A stretch of DNA of 64,000 bases, taken from an uncultured Chloroflexia bacterium. GTDB taxonomy: Bacteria; Chloroflexota; Chloroflexia; QHBQ01; JADMIH01. The notes under the pieces were generated by a model. That model was not told the origin of the DNA and did not search any database. It was given only the letters and a program-made list of their open reading frames with translations. The translations under genes were made by a program, and so were the position numbers. Shown piece by piece: positions 58,120-64,000 of the stretch; position 1 is the stretch's first letter, and every line of letters begins with the position of its first letter. The stretch spans positions 64,001-128,000 of the forward strand of contig CAWCNY010000006.1 of NCBI GenBank assembly GCA_963797095.1, in the 5' to 3' direction.

Positions 58120-59991
58120 ATGCCTTACAACAACCTACCGGATGGAACGCCTACGGGCTTCGATCCCAACTCACCCAATAACAACCAGAACGCGCACAAC
58201 GGCAACGGCTCTTCAGGCCACCCCTCATCAGGTCTCGACCCCGATGCCGCCATTAATAGCCAGCAGCAACTGAGTGTCTTCTTCCCAAGCGGCGTCGATG
58301 ACGAGCTGGAGTCGGTACTCAAGCCTTTACTTGATAGCACTTACACAGGCCCAGGCTCTGACGCACCAACCGGCCAAAGTAGCCGCAATAACAGCCCCTA
58401 CAATCGCCCTCACCGCGTACCTAACCCTGAGCTACTTCAGGAGCCGATCCTTACGCCAGGTGTTGGCCCATTCCCTGTCGGCGCTGACCCCGGTGGGGCT
58501 GCCAATCCATCCGGTCGTCTTCGGCCCATCCAGCCGATCAATATCAACACTACCGCTCCGCTTACACCCTTGCCCGGCACAGTGCCCGTGGTGGTAGCGC
58601 GGCCCGGTTCAGGCGGGACCACAGGCAATATCGGCGGCTCGGCCTCTACAGGTTCTCTCTCCGACTATGGTATCACCCACGCTACCGGCCCGCTCAACAC
58701 GTATACTTCTCCGCAGCTTGTGCAATCCCTGGTGTCTCGCATCCTGTCGGGTATTCCTTCCACTGCTATGCTCGAACGCTCTCCAGACATAGAGCAGATG
58801 CTTGCGGGCCGCTTTATGTCAGCCCTTTCGCAGCTACCGGGTCTGACTGGGCCTGTGCCCGCGAACAGCCAGCCTGTGCTCTTTAGATTGGTGGTGGACG
58901 AGATTCTGGGCTGGGGTCCGCTCGAACCGCTTATGCAGGACAACACGGTCACCGAAATAATGGTCAACGGGCCTAATCAAGTATGGGTCGAGCGTGACGG
59001 CCAGATGGTTGATACAGATGTGCGGTTCCTCAATGACGACCACCTGCTCCGCACAGTCTCGCGTATGGCGGCGCACATGGGGCGCAGGCTGGACCGCAAA
59101 TGGCCTATGGTCGATGGTCGTCTCCGGGATGGCTCCCGCGTCAACATAGTCGGCCCGCCTTGCGCCGTCAACGGGGCTTCGATAACCATCCGCAAGCAGG
59201 GGAACACAACGTTTACCCTGTCAACTCTCATTGAGTACGGCACGGTTCCACAGGACCTGGCCGATTTCCTGCGGGTTTGCGTGCTTGGCAGGCTGAACAT
59301 CCTGGTAACGGGGGGCGCTGCCTCCGGCAAGACTACTCTCCTCAATGTTCTCGGCTCATTCATTCCTGAGGACGAGCGAATTGTGGCCATAGAAGAGTCG
59401 GCGGAGCTCAGGCTGGATCACCGCCATGTGGTTTCCCTCGAAACCCGCCCGCCGGACTACGATACGATGTCGGGCGCGCTGGCTAGCAGCAATTCGGGCG
59501 AAATCAGTGTGCGCCATCTTGTGGCAAATGCCCTTCGCATGCGGGCAGCGCGTCTCCTTGTGGGAGAGATAAGGGGTGGGGAAATCCTCGATCTGGTATC
59601 TGCAATGAATACCGGCCATGATGGCGTGCTGGCAGCCCTCCACGCCAGCACTCCGCGCGATGCGGTGTCGCACCTGGAGTCAATGGCAATCATGTCTGGA
59701 ACCAGCCTCCCGGCGCGCTCGCTGCGGGAAGCCATTGCTACTGCCATTGACCTGATTGTGCAAATTGCCCACCTGCGCGATGGAACCCGCAAGGTGATTT
59801 ATGTGGCCGAGGTTCGGGGCATGGAAGGCGATTCTATTGCGCTTAAAGATATCTTCCGGTGGCACGAACTGGCCGATGAGGAGTTGGGTACCTCGCATGG
59901 TTATCTTGAGCCCACGGGGCATACCCCCAGGTTCATTTACCGGCTGCAAGATCGCGGGTTGAAGCTTGACCGCACGCTTTTCTCGACTTGA
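58120..59991 (+). CDS. cpaF: CpaF/TadA-family secretion ATPase with a disordered N-terminus
   Basis: 'GPLEPL..D..VTEIMVNGP', 'PMVDGRL.DGSRVN', 'TGGAASGKTT', 'GEIRG.E', 'AMNTGH'. Confidence 0.9.
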   Translation: MPYNNLPDGTPTGFDPNSPNNNQNAHNGNGSSGHPSSGLDPDAAINSQQQLSVFFPSGVDDELESVLKPLLDSTYTGPGSDAPTGQSSRNNSPYNRPHRVPNPELLQEPILTPGVGPFPVGADPGGAANPSGRLRPIQPININTTAPLTPLPGTVPVVVARPGSGGTTGNIGGSASTGSLSDYGITHATGPLNTYTSPQLVQSLVSRILSGIPSTAMLERSPDIEQMLAGRFMSALSQLPGLTGPVPANSQPVLFRLVVDEILGWGPLEPLMQDNTVTEIMVNGPNQVWVERDGQMVDTDVRFLNDDHLLRTVSRMAAHMGRRLDRKWPMVDGRLRDGSRVNIVGPPCAVNGASITIRKQGNTTFTLSTLIEYGTVPQDLADFLRVCVLGRLNILVTGGAASGKTTLLNVLGSFIPEDERIVAIEESAELRLDHRHVVSLETRPPDYDTMSGALASSNSGEISVRHLVANALRMRAARLLVGEIRGGEILDLVSAMNTGHDGVLAALHASTPRDAVSHLESMAIMSGTSLPARSLREAIATAIDLIVQIAHLRDGTRKVIYVAEVRGMEGDSIALKDIFRWHELADEELGTSHGYLEPTGHTPRFIYRLQDRGLKLDRTLFST

Positions 59992-60047
59992 GCAACTGTT
60001 ATTTCGGTGCAAATGCTTGCTCCTGTGCCCTTGAAGACCCAACCCAA

Positions 60048-60072
60048 CCCCTCCCCAAATCTTGGGGAGGGG
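60048..60072. repeat. GC-rich hairpin between convergent genes (REP-like or terminator)
   Basis: CCCCTCCCCAA-ATC-TTGGGGAGGGG. Confidence 0.65.
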
Positions 60073-60176
60073 CCCGCTCTTTTTAGAACCAGATTGCACG
60101 CCTGTGAAGCTGTATCTAATATTCGGAACTAATATTCGGGACGACCCATGTTTACCTTTTAGAAATTTGTAGGGCT

Positions 60177-61694
60177 CTAGGAGGCCCGGGCTTCGGCCTC
60201 CAAGGATGATTCTTCGTCTACTTTCACCTTCAGGGTGTGAGCCAGCAGGGATGCCGCATCCCTCAGCAACTTTATGTCGCTTGTATTGTATTCCTCTCCA
60301 TCTTTTCGGGCCGCTAATCGCAGCACTCCGTATTGATTACCGTCACACCCAATTTGGGCGCTCAATGCCTCGTGCCTCTCATCCCACTTCCCTGCGTCCG
60401 ATATCATCACAAGGCTATGGCCGCGTACCATATAGACGGCACCGCCTTCGGCTCGGAATGCTTCCACTAAATCGGTCAGCACTCTTCGAGCGATCTGCTC
60501 AGGGTGGTTCATCTCAACGTAAAGGCGCATATCTCGCAGGAGTACCCGCAATTCTTCGGCGGGGTTCGGAGGGCCCTTGAATCGTTTGTCGACGAGGCGT
60601 TGAAGGGCATCCTTTACGGGGGTGAACGTAGCTACCAGCAGCAGCGTGGTCATTACGACTGACACATCGCCTTTGACGTTCAATATCGTTTCGAAGAAGG
60701 TCTGGAATACTTTCACAGAAGCTGCATAAACACCTGCCAGTATGCCTGTTAGTGGGACGTAAACGAGGGTCCTGTTGATTATGATGTCGATATCCCACAG
60801 GCGGTAGCGCAGGATCGAGATCCCTATTGTGATCGGCAAGAGCATCACCGATACGTAGATTATTCCGGACGAAAGCAATTGGAACTGAATCGAATCAGAG
60901 TTGCTCGGGTCGTTGAGCGTCTGGTCCAGCACGCGAGGTATGAACATGGCAAGCGCGCCAATCACTGCTATTATGGACCCATATACAAACCACTTGGTTT
61001 GTTGCTTCCGCACCCGGTCCGAGATTCGATAGTAGCGATAAATCTGCACGAACACGGCAGGGATCCACGTTGCCAGTATTAGCGCTATATGGTAGAGGGG
61101 GGGCCACCTCCAGGGGCTGAACGGCTGGTCGGGGAACATGTTCCACGGTATCTCTACCACCAGGATCGTTGCCAGCACCAGAGGGCGCAGCTTCGCATTT
61201 ACGAATTTGCCATCAGGGAAGAGATAGAAGAAGAGAACCATCAGCGCCCACGCCAGGAAGCGCAACAGGCGCACAGGCAGCGCCCACCCCGGCGCTACAT
61301 CTACCAGCACATCCATCGTGATGGTGATGGGGGCGGCAGCGGTCCCGAAGGAGGCGAGGGTATAGGCGCTAAATACGCCCACCCAGTCGTCTGAGTTTCT
61401 GGCGTAGATCAGGGTCGCTACACCGAGGAAGACGAGGGCAAAGACGATCTCAAGACCCAGGTTGTAGGTCGCGTAACCACCGATGCTGATGCCCGCTTTC
61501 TCCAACCCCGCCTGCACCGCGGGCGTGGGGTTAGTAAGCTGGATATAGCGTACCTGCAACCCGGCGAGGAAGATCGTTATCAGCACGGTCACATAAATCG
61601 GCCAGCTCACGCGTGTCAGAATAAATAACCGCTCAAGCAAAGCTGTGCGGTCTATTTTCCTGAGGCCAACTTTAGCAGCGGGCGGGATAAACAT
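60177..61694 (-). CDS. Multi-TM sensor-like membrane protein with a C-terminal GAF-like region and no output domain
   Basis: 'FFYLFPDGKF', 'QQTKWF', 'ILRYRLWDID.IINRTLVY', 'LQRLVDKRF' as seen in membrane sensor N-termini. Confidence 0.7.
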   Translation of the reverse strand: MFIPPAAKVGLRKIDRTALLERLFILTRVSWPIYVTVLITIFLAGLQVRYIQLTNPTPAVQAGLEKAGISIGGYATYNLGLEIVFALVFLGVATLIYARNSDDWVGVFSAYTLASFGTAAAPITITMDVLVDVAPGWALPVRLLRFLAWALMVLFFYLFPDGKFVNAKLRPLVLATILVVEIPWNMFPDQPFSPWRWPPLYHIALILATWIPAVFVQIYRYYRISDRVRKQQTKWFVYGSIIAVIGALAMFIPRVLDQTLNDPSNSDSIQFQLLSSGIIYVSVMLLPITIGISILRYRLWDIDIIINRTLVYVPLTGILAGVYAASVKVFQTFFETILNVKGDVSVVMTTLLLVATFTPVKDALQRLVDKRFKGPPNPAEELRVLLRDMRLYVEMNHPEQIARRVLTDLVEAFRAEGGAVYMVRGHSLVMISDAGKWDERHEALSAQIGCDGNQYGVLRLAARKDGEEYNTSDIKLLRDAASLLAHTLKVKVDEESSLEAEARAS

Positions 61695-61880
61695 GCCGCA
61701 ATTATATATACTTCATTCTACGCTTACGAGAGGCTAAAGTATTAAGACTTATCCGACTAAAGGAGTGGATGTAATCCGCAATCTTCTCTTACTTTGAGAG
61801 GTCACCCTGTCATCGGCAAGGAACTTGCTTGCAACAATTGAGCCGGGAGGAACGTTTAACTAACAGGAGGAACCTGCCTC

Positions 61881-62444
61881 ATGCGAAAAACCACCATTAC
61901 TTCTATAGCAGCCCTTGCCTGTATGCTTACCCTGGCAGCCTGTAGCTCTCAGGCCGATAGCACGGCAGCGCCATTACCGGCCACTCCAACCACAGGAGCA
62001 GCACCCACCATGACATCATCCGCGTCATCGTACCCCAGGACCGGGCACGCCCCCGATTATTCGTGGATCGCGGGGCGGGTTACCTTTACCAAGATACAGG
62101 GTGGATGTACATACATCTACACCGACCCGGCTGACATCCAGGCGTATGAAGCATCACTCACTCCGCAACCTCGCGGAGTCCCTACGGTCAGCGGTCCTAT
62201 CGTCAGTACCGCCGTTGGTGACACCTCGCCTCCCCTGCGCGACATCACGCCACAGACGGGCCCCCAGCCCGCCGAGCCGCCCTCAAGCCGTTTTGTGCCA
62301 GGAGGCCCTGCCTGGGACCCTTCAACGGTCAAAGATGGTGATTATGTTGTTCTGGTAGGCAGGCTGGCAGGTCCGGGGGATACAACGGAAATCTGCCCCG
62401 GTGGCACGGCCTATGTGGCCGAGACGGTGATACGCAATCCGTAG
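61881..62444 (+). CDS. Hypothetical lipoprotein
   Basis: Lipobox LAAC; AGGAGG RBS; Pro/Thr-rich; GGC...CPGG cysteine pair. Confidence 0.8.
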   Translation: MRKTTITSIAALACMLTLAACSSQADSTAAPLPATPTTGAAPTMTSSASSYPRTGHAPDYSWIAGRVTFTKIQGGCTYIYTDPADIQAYEASLTPQPRGVPTVSGPIVSTAVGDTSPPLRDITPQTGPQPAEPPSSRFVPGGPAWDPSTVKDGDYVVLVGRLAGPGDTTEICPGGTAYVAETVIRNP

Positions 62445-62482
62445 AACCGACGAGTGGCGAGTGAACGCGTAGTAGTTGCGTG

Positions 62483-62722
62483 TCAGGGAGTAGCTTGCAC
62501 CCGCCTCTTGAACGTAAATGCTACCTGAGCGGTCGCACCCTGGCCGGATGCTACCGGCAGGACGGTTACCAACTCCCACCCCTCGCGTCCCATGTTTTGT
62601 AGCCTATCCCAATCGGTAAGGCCGTCCGGCCCTCTTACCTCCCACATCTTTGTAATACTCGGCTTAATTGCTACCGGCCCCGCCAGATCCACGACTAGAA
62701 TGTTGTAGTTCCACTGATCCAT
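62483..62722 (-). CDS. DUF4177-like small protein
   Basis: 'W.Y', 'L..MG.EGWELVTV', 'FKR'; AAAGGAG RBS. Confidence 0.8.
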   Translation of the reverse strand: MDQWNYNILVVDLAGPVAIKPSITKMWEVRGPDGLTDWDRLQNMGREGWELVTVLPVASGQGATAQVAFTFKRRVQATP

Positions 62723-62770
62723 CCCTATAATCTCCTTTCTAGTAGGTCGAATCAAACCGCCTCATGCCTA

Positions 62771-64000
62771 TTATTCGCCGATTAGTTTCTCGAGGACTTT
62801 AGCACGCCAGATAAAGCGCAGCCCGAAGGCCCATATCACCACTACACCCGCTATTATGCCAATATCCGCAAGCCCTAGCGCCTGAAGCTCGAAGAGATCC
62901 CGCAGTTGGGGCACGGCCAGCACTAACACGAAGATCCCCAGCATGAGCGCCGCCAGAATCGTTGGCCTGCGGTCTCCGCTGTACTCGTCGCCGCCTACCC
63001 ACGCCTGAGTTGGCGGCTCCACGAACGGGATCAGTATAAGCCCACACAGCATCAACACCGTGGTCAGGACAGTTTGAGACAGTGCTATGTTGTTTGTGAC
63101 TGTGATGTAGCCGAGGTAAACCTCGAGCCCGACGAATGCGGTTGCGAGGGAGGCAGGCACCACGAAATGGGAGATCGCCCTGATCAGTCTCGCCGGTGGC
63201 TCTCCCTCGCGTGCCCACGCTACCAGCGCCACAGTCGGTACCCCCACCGTCAGGAGCGCCAGCAGAGAGTTGTGCTTGGGAGTGATCGGGAAGTGCAGGC
63301 CCATCATAGAAGCGCCCACTATTAGGAATATCAGGTAGAGGGTGCGCGACAGGAGCAATCTCACCACGTCGTACATGCCGTTGATGATGCGCTGCCCCTC
63401 TTTGAAGGCGCTTGGCAGCACCCCGAACGAGTCGTTCAGCAAGATCAGGTCGGCCACTCCTCGCGTCGCCTGGCTGCCGCTCTCCATCGCGATGCCGACG
63501 TGCGCCTGTTTCAGCGACAGCACATCGTTCACGCCGTCTCCTATCATCGCCACGTATTTGCCGCTCGATTTGAGGGTCTGCACCAGCCTCTGCTTTTGCT
63601 GAGGAGTGATCCGCCCGAAGACGGTGGTCTCGTCGGCCACACGCGCAATCTCAACATCGTCCATCATGTCGAGGTCCAGGCCGGATACCACCTTGATATC
63701 GCCGGAGAAGCCCGCCTGCTGGGCCAGCGCGGCCACCGTATCGGGGCTATCGCCCGAGATAACTTTGACCTTGATCCCCGCCTGCGAGAAGCCTTCGAGG
63801 GTCTTTTGGGCCTCCGGCCTCAACTCGTCACTGAAGCAGATCAGGCCTGCCGGGGTCATTCCCTGGGGCAAGATAGGCTCTTTGCTGTCGCCGTGCATTG
63901 GCATCACATCCGGTTGATACGCCAGCATGAGCACCCGCAGACCCTGCGCTTTCCACTCCTCGGCTCTCTCGGCCCCGACGTTGGACCCAGGCTGTAGCCC
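62771..64000 (-). CDS. P-type cation-transporting ATPase (CtpE-like), 5'-partial
   Basis: 'VISGD', 'FGRITPQQK', 'MIGDGVNDVLSLK'; frame open to the window edge. Confidence 0.92.
   Translation of the reverse strand, partial: GLQPGSNVGAERAEEWKAQGLRVLMLAYQPDVMPMHGDSKEPILPQGMTPAGLICFSDELRPEAQKTLEGFSQAGIKVKVISGDSPDTVAALAQQAGFSGDIKVVSGLDLDMMDDVEIARVADETTVFGRITPQQKQRLVQTLKSSGKYVAMIGDGVNDVLSLKQAHVGIAMESGSQATRGVADLILLNDSFGVLPSAFKEGQRIINGMYDVVRLLLSRTLYLIFLIVGASMMGLHFPITPKHNSLLALLTVGVPTVALVAWAREGEPPARLIRAISHFVVPASLATAFVGLEVYLGYITVTNNIALSQTVLTTVLMLCGLILIPFVEPPTQAWVGGDEYSGDRRPTILAALMLGIFVLVLAVPQLRDLFELQALGLADIGIIAGVVVIWAFGLRFIWRAKVLEKLIGE

Noticed and set aside
60127-60140. LexA-like box GGAACTAATATTCG
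   Set aside because: It lies between convergent gene ends with no promoter or target and is part of a short local direct repeat

Overview
Bacterial chromosomal window, probably Chloroflexota/Chloroflexia-like (inferred from gene content; not verifiable without a search). It has about 58 CDS and no tRNA, rRNA or CRISPR array. Housekeeping and accessory genes: purM-purN, purA, purE-purK, punA, recO, etfBA with a frameshifted FadF/DUF224 Fe-S oxidoreductase, a sugar ABC transporter, membrane glycosyltransferases, MFS/DMT/CorC transporters, mazEF, and two intact IS elements (IS701- and IS982-like, each with terminal inverted repeats and a 5-bp target duplication). Most unusual items: (1) an XPB/Ssl2 helicase with an extra tail carrying AT-hook motifs and an SspB-like LRLVK terminus; (2) an mglB-mglA polarity GTPase module translationally coupled to purMN; (3) two degenerate GGDEF proteins that keep the RxxD c-di-GMP site, one overlapping a GT2 gene; (4) an orphan SbnI/SerK-like serine kinase; (5) an AAA ATPase + small protein + CpaF trio with no other tad genes; (6) a perfect 10 x 14-bp tandem repeat of a stop-codon region at the edge of a mosaic F420 cassette; (7) a window-wide family of heptamer repeats that sit at gene ends, supply stop codons and enter coding frames; (8) a LexA-box promoter driving an apparently non-coding, IS-riddled region. 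All functional calls rest on motif recognition by eye.
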